A stretch of DNA of 14,432 nucleotides from Promethearchaeati archaeon (GCA_019058495.1 JAHPYV010000053.1:1-14432); one strand, 5' to 3'; positions 8,016-14,432 are shown, counted from the first letter of the stretch. The notes: a model not told the origin generated them from the sequence alone. Program-made: numbers and translations.

Positions 8016-8223
8016 GGGGCTGTAGCCTAGCCTGGTTGGGCATCGGGCTCCAGTTATGTTGTATCCGTTTAACGCGACCGTAATCGGGATGACGAGTTAC
8101 TGGAGCGGCCCATACCGGAGAAACCCGAAGAGTGAATCGCTCGATGCGGGTTCACGCGGAAGTCAGGAGTTCAAATCTCTGCGCGGCTCTGCGCGCGGAG
8201 TGAGTATCTCCTCAGCCCCACCA
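8016..8223 (+). tRNA. tRNA-Trp (anticodon CCA) with three introns and an encoded CCA end
   Basis: The manual fold is as follows. Acceptor GGGGCTG (8016-8022) pairs with CAGCCCC (8213-8219). The D arm is GCCT-AGCCTGGTT-GGGC. The anticodon stem TCGGG (8043-8047) pairs with CCCGA (8124-8128), and the loop is CT-CCA-G with A38 at 8123. The T arm is AGGAG-TTCAAAT-CTCCT, followed by A73 and CCA (8221-8223). There are three insertions: 69 nt at 37/38 (8054-8122), about 31 nt in the variable loop (about 8131-8161, leaving AGGTC), and 31 nt in the T loop/stem (about 8177-8207; the boundary is ambiguous because ATCTC is repeated). A T5 run follows at 8224-8228. Confidence 0.85.
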
Positions 8224-8346
8224 TTTTTCTATTGCTTTTACGCTGAAATCAGAACACAAGAGAGGGAGGAGAGTCCCTAGTGTGTGATGGTAGTATGTCA
8301 TATTTGTCGTGGAAATGCAATTTCGGTTCGGTTATCAGTATCCTGC

Positions 8347-8535
8347 TTATCGTTGCATAGTCGTCTGTGATCTTTGTTTTTGCCAGTAGTTCTTTCCTGG
8401 TCTACGGACGCGGAGTCTGTCGCACTTGTTAGCTACGGTGCCACCTTTTGAAACGCGGTATATCTCGGATATATGTTCGAGAGGTATTCTCCACACTAGT
8501 TTTTCTAGTTCTTGCCTGGTGATATTTCTCCAGTT
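8347..8535 (-). other. Same-frame continuation of the homing endonuclease ORF beyond its TAA: 62 codons encoding a helix-turn-helix-like tail
   Basis: Manual translation directly after the TAA (8538-8536), in the same frame, gives NWRNITRQELEKLVWRIPLEHISEIYRVSKGGTVANKCDRLRVRRPGKNYWQKQRSQTTMQR, then TAA at 8349-8347. The pattern ELEKLVW..I...Y.VS...V...C..L.V..P...YW resembles a C-terminal DNA-binding module found on free-standing nucleases. That resemblance is recalled from memory. Confidence 0.55.
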
Positions 8536-9294
8536 TTATTGCAGTTCTCTTCTTCGTTGTCTTTTTTCTGGTGTCAAGGCTTCATTGGATCTTTGGTGCT
8601 TATCTTCTAGGTTGCAGGGGTGCCACCGTTTTCTTGGCATACTGTCTTTGTAGTTTTCCATCATTTCGTTGAACAAGTCGGCTCCTAAATGCAGGTAGTA
8701 TTCTACTCCTTTGATCCATCGCCCATTGAGCCTGCATTCGCGTTTGCTTATGTGGACCTTGAATTTAAGATTGAACCGCTTCTTGATCTGCTTGAGGAAT
8801 AACTTGCTGCCGGAGAAGAGTCTCGTCGTCCCTTGTTTTCCGTCCCCATCGAAGTACCCGAGCAGGAATGCGAGTTCTAGGTCTCGCCGCTTAAGGCTAG
8901 GGTATTTGATGATTTTGGATTTCCGGCATTTTAGTCCGTGGCTTAGTAGATCATTAGTTATGTTCTTACATGCAAAACTAACCAGAGTGCGTTCCGTCTT
9001 CTCGTGGATGCGATGCCTTTTCCTATTCTTGTCTAGTCCTAGGAAATCACAGAATCTATCGATGGATTCTTCGTCTTTTCGTTTGAGTTCAAGTTCCAAT
9101 CGTGTTTTCGTTCCGATTTCAACCATTGTAGCGTCAGCGTAGAGGAATCCGAGCCAGTATGCCTTGTCTTTCGTGTTAATATTGTGAAAGTAATCGATTT
9201 TCAGGTCAGGATGAACAGTCATCCTCTTCCACCGACGGTACCATTTCTTTGTTAGGTGGTTCAAGGTATGACTGGGTTTCTGTTCCAAGACCAT
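8536..9294 (-). CDS. Double-motif LAGLIDADG homing endonuclease (free-standing)
   Basis: 252-aa ORF with an ATG start and two LAGLIDADG motifs: YWLGFLYADAT and AFLLGYFDGDGKQG. The spacing and basic linker are typical of monomeric enzymes. It lies between two paralogous tRNA genes, on the opposite strand. Confidence 0.85.
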   Translation of the reverse strand: MVLEQKPSHTLNHLTKKWYRRWKRMTVHPDLKIDYFHNINTKDKAYWLGFLYADATMVEIGTKTRLELELKRKDEESIDRFCDFLGLDKNRKRHRIHEKTERTLVSFACKNITNDLLSHGLKCRKSKIIKYPSLKRRDLELAFLLGYFDGDGKQGTTRLFSGSKLFLKQIKKRFNLKFKVHISKRECRLNGRWIKGVEYYLHLGADLFNEMMENYKDSMPRKRWHPCNLEDKHQRSNEALTPEKRQRRRELQ

Positions 9295-9323
9295 TGGCCC
9301 TCATTCAATCGTTACTGTCGATC

Positions 9324-9331
9324 TTATATAA
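9324..9331 (-). promoter_or_regulatory. Candidate TATA box for the homing endonuclease gene (leaderless transcript)
   Basis: The palindromic TTATATAA lies 30-37 nt upstream of the ATG at 9294. Confidence 0.4.
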
Positions 9332-9441
9332 GGCTCAATTCAAACGCCTTTCTCGCTTACATGTTGCGGTTTTGTTTCAATCCTTCTTCTTAAAGTGCCC
9401 AGAGGATATTTTGCAGGGAACTTTTCACCACAGATTATGGC

Positions 9442-9679
9442 GGGGCTCTGTCTTGGTCCTTAACGGGAAGTGAGTGGTTGGCTGTATCACTGTCCTTGGC
9501 GCGCTTTAGCGCGGAAACAATGACTTAGCCGATGGGCTTCAGAGAATTGAGACTGCTCAAATTGGACCGTTAAGGGATGACGAGTTTCTGGAGCGGCCTT
9601 GAAAAAACCCGTAGAGTGAATCACTGAGAACAGGAACTTCACGCGAAAACCAGGAGTTCAAATCTCCTTGGCCCTACCA
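9442..9679 (+). tRNA. tRNA-Trp-like paralog with anticodon UCA (candidate UGA-reading tRNA); multiple introns and an unresolved 5' third
   Basis: The 3' two-thirds fold cleanly. The anticodon stem ATGGG (9532-9536) pairs with CCCGT (9608-9612). The loop is CT-TCA-G with A38 at 9607, and a 64-nt intron occupies 9543-9606. A variable-region insertion lies within 9613-9651. The T arm is AGGAG-TTCAAAT-CTCCT (9652-9668). The acceptor 3' strand is TGGCCCT, followed by A73 and CCA (9677-9679). GGGGCT at 9442-9447 matches the tRNA-Trp(CCA) acceptor 5' strand and can pair with the 3' strand using G-U pairs. The introns share long identical blocks with the 8016-8223 gene. The D-arm region (9448-9531) needs one or two extra non-canonical introns and could not be resolved by eye. 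Confidence 0.55.
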
Positions 9680-9911
9680 CTTCTTCTAACGTTCTCCCGA
9701 ATAACTGGCCTGATAGTGTCTCTCGCGGAACTCTCAAGAATCCACATCCCCAGAAACGATTTTCCTGTTGCGCAAATATCGCCGAAGAAACCATCTTAGG
9801 CTAGTTAAACCTCTCGCATGGTCTGGAAATATCAAGGGTCTAAACAGTTCCCTGACTAGATCCTAGTGGAATACCAATAATAAGCTGTTCCTGCAACATT
9901 CACTCGGTAGC

Positions 9912-9920
9912 TTTTTATAC
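9912..9920 (+). promoter_or_regulatory. Candidate TATA box for the secreted PKD-protein gene
   Basis: TTTTTATAC lies about 27-35 nt upstream of the GTG at 9947. This supports 9947 as the real (leaderless) start of the downstream gene. Confidence 0.4.
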
Positions 9921-9946
9921 TAAGTCGTCGCAAATTCTGAGCGAGG

Positions 9947-10153
9947 GTGTCGGAGGAGTTCATTAATTTGAGAAGAGAGTACAGGTGTTTTTCAATAGTG
10001 ATCGTGACTATGATGTTCTTCTTTGCGTTTGTTCAATACCCAGCCACAGCTGCAGCAATAGCTAATAATGCTGTATCAAGCCCTAATGGTACTGTATCAA
10101 ATACAACTGGGACAGCAACAACTGCCAACAGCGGAAGCCAGAGTTGCCCCTAA
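9947..10153 (+). CDS. N-terminal signal-peptide segment of the PKD-domain protein, out of frame with the main ORF
   Basis: The ORF starts with GTG. It has a basic n-region (NLRREYR), a hydrophobic core (CFSIVIVTMMFFFAFV) and an ATAAA cleavage-like site, followed by a Thr/Asn/Ser-rich linker. It ends at TAA immediately after a C4 run and overlaps the start of the 620-aa ORF. Confidence 0.6.
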   Translation: MSEEFINLRREYRCFSIVIVTMMFFFAFVQYPATAAAIANNAVSSPNGTVSNTTGTATTANSGSQSCP

Positions 10154-12006
10154 ACGGAGGATGCAAAGCTTGCAGTGCTAAGCATAGTTCAGCTGGCGTG
10201 AGCACAGCTTCTCCTAAGATCAATGGTACGCTGCTCACAGACCAGCAAATCCAGGATCTCAAGGCCAAAGCCATGAAATCAAGCGACTTCAAAGCACTTC
10301 TACATAGGCTACGCGGCGACAACTATGTGATACTACTTGATGATGCGAAAGGCTACAGGATGACTATAGATGAAGGTGGTCAGTTGAACACGACGCTTTT
10401 CCTCACTGCAAAACTTCAGTTCAATGGTTCACTAGCGAGTGATCTGGTATTCGAGGGTGGATCCGTGATATTCGCACTTAACAACGGAGGTTCATTCTCC
10501 AACTTGGCAGTATCGGAAATCAAGGTAGGATACGTGGAACTCTTGACAGAGTTTTCGGTGAAAGATGGGAAATTCTACTGTAAATCATTAACTGCGCCCG
10601 ATGATTTCTTTGGTTGCAACGATCCATATTGGCTAGGGGTTGCAGTCATCGCAGCGACATATGCACTCAGATTTCTTTCTTGCGCCTTATGTGCGTTGTC
10701 GATTCCCATTGATTGGGTGCCAGGTATGGTGGGTATTGATATCATAGCATGTTCAGATTGTTTCACAGATGCATGGCGCGATATAATTCGGTCTCAAACC
10801 AATTGGTGCAGTGACCCTGTCATCACTCAGTTCACAGCCGCGTCCGGTGGATACACAAACTCTTGGATTTATCCGTTCACGGCTAGTGCAACCATTGCTC
10901 CCACCTCTGGTCCAGCGACCTCGCTATCGTACCAATTCAAGTGGGGTGACGGTCAGTCAGATATAATGTCGGGTTACTCTTCTGGCGCGTCGGCGACAAC
11001 TGGTCATTATTATGCTAGTCCAGGGACTTATTCTGCCTACGTACACGTAGTCGACAACAATGGAAACTGGGCTGACTCGCCTACGAAGACGGTGACCATA
11101 ACCCAAAACCCAAGCCAGCCGCCCGGAGGCGGTTGCCCAGTTGTTGCACCTTGGAACGGTACTAACTTCGTGGCCGACAACAACATTCTACCATCGTCAG
11201 AAAATCTACCAAATGTCAATGCTGATGTAAAGGACTTCTATCAGCTTCGACTTCCTTTGCAGCAATATGGGACAAGCTACGCTCTCCAGTTGCAGGAAAA
11301 TGAGTATGAACAAGACTACTTCAACCAGGTAAGTCTTACGGCAGTGTACCATGAAGCCGGTGTGAGCGTTGCTACTTCGCCGTACGGGCAGATATTTACA
11401 TATTCCAACCCCGCGTCCAGCAAACTGGCTGCTGATGAGCCTGGAGTTAATGTCGCCGATTGGATCAAATCGCCTGACGATACCGTGTTCTATCAAGGAG
11501 TGCCAGGTCGATCGCTGTACTTGTCGTTCAGTGCACTTAAGCACCCCGAATACGCCAAGTTGCTGATAAGTGAAGACATGATTCGCAAGTATTCTACGCA
11601 CGTTTCGGTGCTTGGTCAAGACTACCAGTGGCATGACGTTGGCGTGATTGAGCCAAGGGCAAACTGGTATACGTCAGCATTGGACATCTCTCGCTATGTG
11701 CCGAGAGGCAACTCAGATATCATTGTTAAACTCTACTTCACTGGCTTTGATAAGATTGATTGGGTATCCGTGGACGACTCAGCACCATCGAACGTGATTG
11801 TCCAGTGCCTAGATCTAGTCTCCGCTTTTGACCAGCACGGTGTTAACGTCGCCCTCAGCTTGGTTCGTCGCGATGGGAACTATGCGGTCATTTCGCCGGG
11901 TCAGTACCTGACGCTGTACTTCGAATACGAGAAACCGCCAACGAACATGGTGCAAGACTTCATCCTATCAGTCACAGGTCACTACGTACATCTAGGAACT
12001 CCATAG
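10144..12006 (+). CDS. Secreted or surface protein with a PKD domain, a Cys-rich hydrophobic segment and an uncharacterised C-terminal domain
   Basis: 620-aa ORF. Its frame is open from 10087, and the TTG at 10144 is only the first formal start. A PKD-type signature (YQFKWGDGQSD...GHYYASPGTYSAYVHVVDNNGNWADSPTKTVTI) lies at about 10820-11110. The roughly 290-aa C-terminal region after PPGGGCPVVAPWNGTNFVADNNILP was not recognised. Confidence 0.8.
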   Translation: MPLNGGCKACSAKHSSAGVSTASPKINGTLLTDQQIQDLKAKAMKSSDFKALLHRLRGDNYVILLDDAKGYRMTIDEGGQLNTTLFLTAKLQFNGSLASDLVFEGGSVIFALNNGGSFSNLAVSEIKVGYVELLTEFSVKDGKFYCKSLTAPDDFFGCNDPYWLGVAVIAATYALRFLSCALCALSIPIDWVPGMVGIDIIACSDCFTDAWRDIIRSQTNWCSDPVITQFTAASGGYTNSWIYPFTASATIAPTSGPATSLSYQFKWGDGQSDIMSGYSSGASATTGHYYASPGTYSAYVHVVDNNGNWADSPTKTVTITQNPSQPPGGGCPVVAPWNGTNFVADNNILPSSENLPNVNADVKDFYQLRLPLQQYGTSYALQLQENEYEQDYFNQVSLTAVYHEAGVSVATSPYGQIFTYSNPASSKLAADEPGVNVADWIKSPDDTVFYQGVPGRSLYLSFSALKHPEYAKLLISEDMIRKYSTHVSVLGQDYQWHDVGVIEPRANWYTSALDISRYVPRGNSDIIVKLYFTGFDKIDWVSVDDSAPSNVIVQCLDLVSAFDQHGVNVALSLVRRDGNYAVISPGQYLTLYFEYEKPPTNMVQDFILSVTGHYVHLGTP

Positions 12007-12010
12007 AAAT

Positions 12011-12039
12011 GGGAGGGGTCGTTCCTCCTATTCTTTTTC
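12011..12039 (+). terminator. Hairpin plus T-tract downstream of the PKD-protein gene
   Basis: GGAGG (12012-12016) pairs with CCTCC (12024-12028) across a 7-nt loop, followed by TATTCTTTTTC. Confidence 0.4.
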
Positions 12040-12139
12040 TGAGCTAAAACCTAAGTTGGGGCAAAACCATGAGTAGTGTTTGTTTTTGGATTCTGCGTGG
12101 GAATGTGTTTCACGGTGTTCTCATAGGAGGTAACGTGAA

Positions 12140-12718
12140 GTGAGTAACGCGCGCTATACAAAAGCTGACTACGTTGAAGCTATTCTTGTAGGTATCCTCG
12201 TCACAGTGTTGATTACTTCATTGCAGTTTCTACTACTGAACACAATTCCTTCAGATCTGACCATTTTCGGATCTTTCTTTGCCGGCGTTCTTGCAGGCGG
12301 AGTATTAGTTCGCCTCAGAAAAAAGCGCCCCCCTGAAAAGCCTCCAGAGGATTGGATGCCAAAAAGAAGAAATGCTCAGCTCGTAGCCTTCGGAGTTGTC
12401 ATCGGGATTCTGGCTATTCTCATTACGCTGTTTCAGGTCGCATTTTCTTTAACGCTTCTGGCGCTCGCGGTGTTTGCTGGCTTGAATTTGGGAGTTTTTG
12501 TCTTAGTGTTAAGACCTCCAGGGTACTCTGAAACAATAGTCCGAGGAGCAAGACAAGCGTTATACGTGATTTTGTTTGGAAGTGAAGCTTTTCTCTCTGT
12601 CGCAGTTCTCTTGCAGGAACTGCCATATGTCCTACCAACAACGGGGCTAACTGCTATAGTTATGATAGTGACTGTCGCAGCGATAACTTACTATATGGGA
12701 AGACTAACTATGACTTAA
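12140..12718 (+). CDS. Polytopic membrane protein; function unknown
   Basis: 192-aa ORF with a GTG start, preceded by GGAGGT at 12126-12131. It has about 5-6 hydrophobic helices and a basic loop (RLRKKRPPEKPPEDWMPKRRN). Confidence 0.6.
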   Translation: MSNARYTKADYVEAILVGILVTVLITSLQFLLLNTIPSDLTIFGSFFAGVLAGGVLVRLRKKRPPEKPPEDWMPKRRNAQLVAFGVVIGILAILITLFQVAFSLTLLALAVFAGLNLGVFVLVLRPPGYSETIVRGARQALYVILFGSEAFLSVAVLLQELPYVLPTTGLTAIVMIVTVAAITYYMGRLTMT

Positions 12719-12771
12719 TCACTCATCACTATATTGGGATAGACCCACAATGCCACACTTTCTGTTCTAGA

Positions 12772-13302
12772 TTGGACCAGAGGAATTCCAATGCCCAAGA
12801 GTCGAAGGCAAGTATTCGACAACGGAGACGCAGAACTCTCCTTCTGTTGGGAACTGGGATCTCAGTACTCGTGATAATGTTCTTGTTCATCAGTCAGGAA
12901 AATGGGTCTACGGAAGTTGGCTATCCTGCCCCGAACTTTGCGCTGACTAATGTTCAAACTGGCAGTTCCTTCGGGTTGAGTGATTTCAAGGGAAAGATCG
13001 TTGTCATTGAGTTTATGGCTACTTGGTGTTCTCATTGTAGTGACCAGGTGAGCGAACTCAAGAAAGTAAGGTCTCAATTCAGCAACGACTCGCTCATAAT
13101 AGTCTCGATAAGCTCAGATCCAGGCTATGATACGGATTCAAAGCTTATTCAATTCGCGGCGAGTGAAGGGATTGACTGGTACTTGGCGAGGGACACTGCA
13201 AATGTTACTCAAGCATATAATGTAAGTAACATTCCGACAACTTTCTTGGTTGACAGAGCGGGGAAAGTCGCAGCCTTTTTCATTGGTTTTGTATCTGCTT
13301 AG
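12772..13302 (+). CDS. Membrane-anchored thioredoxin-fold thiol-disulfide oxidoreductase (TlpA/ResA/redoxin-like)
   Basis: It has an N-terminal TM anchor (LLLLGTGISVLVIMFLFI). It also has APNFAL....GK.VVIEFMATWCSHC with a WCxxC active site, and a YNVSNIPTTFLVDRAGKV cis-Pro region. The start codon is uncertain (TTG at 12772). Confidence 0.8.
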   Translation: MDQRNSNAQESKASIRQRRRRTLLLLGTGISVLVIMFLFISQENGSTEVGYPAPNFALTNVQTGSSFGLSDFKGKIVVIEFMATWCSHCSDQVSELKKVRSQFSNDSLIIVSISSDPGYDTDSKLIQFAASEGIDWYLARDTANVTQAYNVSNIPTTFLVDRAGKVAAFFIGFVSA

Positions 13303-13359
13303 GATCTCTCCAGCAAAATCAATTCAACTCTATAGTCTTTAATAGAGGAGGAGGCTGAC

Positions 13360-14079
13360 GTGGTTTCGGCAGAGATGATTCTCATTTCGTATCTCTTGGG
13401 AGTAGTTGCGTCCCTTTCCCTTTGTGTTATTCCTCTCCTCCCACTTTCGGTTCTCATGATGACGGATTCTGAAGAGAACTCTTCTAGAGGTATTGCAGTG
13501 GGCTTCTCTGTCACCCTTGGAGTCTTGACTTCCTTTTCAATATTCACCATCCTGTCTGGTTATGTTTCATTTTTCTTGATCACAAACTATGTTGTTATCG
13601 CTTTTGTTCTAGGATTGATCATGGTTCTTTTTGGTTTGATTGCACTGAGCCCAGCGAGAAAAGGGTATGCACACCTGCATGAAGCTACCAGAAGAATTTT
13701 CTACCGTCTGAAGATAAGGGAGGGGTCCCTCTTTTGGGCGTTTGCGGCAGGATTGTTGTTCGCGCTTGTCTCCGCCCCTTGTGGTGCTTCAATCTATGTG
13801 AGTGCTATCATTATATTTTCTGTTGAGGAGAATGTTCTTTTCAAGGTGTTGCTCGCATTAATGTTTTCCTTTGGAGTGGGGACGATCTTTGTCATGATCG
13901 GTACGGTGTTCCAGCGATTTCAGCACAAGAATCCGGATAGATACATCAGGATAGGTTTCATCGTGGGCAGGGCAGCCACGTTAGCCATAGTAATCCTAGG
14001 TCTCTACATGATGATCCCTTTTATCTTGACATTCACCCGATTACTAGCTGGTTGTATCGTGGTCCAAGAGGTTATGTAG
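13360..14079 (+). CDS. ccdA: CcdA/DsbD-family transmembrane thiol-disulfide electron transporter
   Basis: 239-aa polytopic protein with the two conserved Cys-Pro regions (SLSLCVIPLLPL and VSAPCGASIY). It has a GTG start preceded by GGAGGAGG at 13346-13353. It lies directly downstream of the TlpA-like gene. Confidence 0.78.
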   Translation: MVSAEMILISYLLGVVASLSLCVIPLLPLSVLMMTDSEENSSRGIAVGFSVTLGVLTSFSIFTILSGYVSFFLITNYVVIAFVLGLIMVLFGLIALSPARKGYAHLHEATRRIFYRLKIREGSLFWAFAAGLLFALVSAPCGASIYVSAIIIFSVEENVLFKVLLALMFSFGVGTIFVMIGTVFQRFQHKNPDRYIRIGFIVGRAATLAIVILGLYMMIPFILTFTRLLAGCIVVQEVM

Positions 14080-14432
14080 GTTCAAAAGGTAACAGTCTGA
14101 TTATTGTGAAGATGCGCAACGCGTATTGCCAGACCAATTATCATTCATGGTGATTGGGACATAAGACAGGATGGATGAGCGTCAATGCAGTGTATCATAA
14201 CAATCCAGGCTACCCGCCTATCTGGAATAAAGGAGAGTCGTTTTCTAATGTCCTGCAATTCAATGATAAGAACAGGTTCCTGGGCGGGTAGATGGAGAAG
14301 CATGTGGACCCTGAATTCAAAGATTTCTTGTCACCTCCAGTGCATGTGAGTCTTAGGAATCGGTCAGTTCCTCGGGGTCCCATAGGTGCGCCCTCCGAGG
14401 CTTTGGTGTGTCCTGACTTGGTTGAAGTAGAG

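Noticed and set aside
8086-8160. A complete box C/D sRNA inside the tRNA introns (GAUGACGA as box C, GUGAAUC as C', and CUGA at 9624-9627 in the paralog).
   Set aside because: The candidate D' (CUGG) is only 4 nt from box C. The D box is not conserved between paralogs, and no terminal stem could be formed. It is kept only as a weak hypothesis in the findings.
7718-8280. ORF-track entries 7718-8083 (121 aa) and 8056-8280 (74 aa), plus 8426-8653 (75 aa).
   Set aside because: They run through the 5S and tRNA genes or lie antisense to the endonuclease tail. They have low-complexity, Cys/Arg/Ser-rich translations and no promoter or RBS context. They are judged to be spurious.
9442-9679. tRNA-Sec as an explanation for the UCA anticodon.
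   Set aside because: The gene is a close paralog of tRNA-Trp(CCA), with the same T arm and A73. It has a 7-bp acceptor with a 5-bp T stem, not the 9/4 Sec architecture. The long variable-region insert is shared with the CCA gene and looks like an intron rather than a Sec extra arm.
14292-14432. An open frame starting at ATG 14292 (MEKHVDPEFKDFLSPPVHV...) and running off the window edge.
   Set aside because: Only 47 codons are visible, with no recognisable motif. Nothing can be supported from the fragment.
1-14432. CRISPR arrays, IS elements with terminal inverted repeats, and integrase-type att duplications at the tRNA genes.
   Set aside because: No regularly spaced direct repeats, transposase or integrase ORFs were seen. 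The tRNA duplication is a full diverged gene copy, not a short att-like partial repeat.

Overview
This is an archaeal chromosomal window of about 45% GC, with leaderless-type TATA promoters, archaeal-type PheRS, MetAP and PPAT, and BHB-type RNA introns. The left 7.5 kb holds ordinary housekeeping genes: pncA, pheT-pheS, archaeal PPAT, map, a zinc-ribbon membrane protein and a DUF1512-like protein. The right 4.5 kb holds a secreted PKD-domain protein (interrupted by a frameshift), a polytopic membrane protein and a TlpA-like/CcdA thiol-disulfide pair. The unusual part is an RNA island at 7.7-9.7 kb with four elements. (1) A 5S rRNA gene on the minus strand is circularly permuted. The canonical 3' half precedes the canonical 5' half, helix I is capped by a tetraloop, and the new ends sit in a textbook bulge-helix-bulge (BHB) motif. 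Cleavage and ligation at that motif would regenerate the universal CGGAAGUUAAG junction as a 123-nt circle. (2) A tRNA-Trp(CCA) gene carries three insertions (introns). (3) A free-standing double-motif LAGLIDADG homing endonuclease gene is separated by an in-frame TAA from a same-frame helix-turn-helix-like tail. (4) A diverged paralog of the tRNA-Trp gene has the anticodon UCA (UGA-reading). Compensatory changes in its anticodon stem and intron argue it is maintained, but its 5' third cannot be folded canonically by eye. All RNA calls come from manual reading and remembered consensus sequences. They need covariance-model and RNA-seq confirmation.
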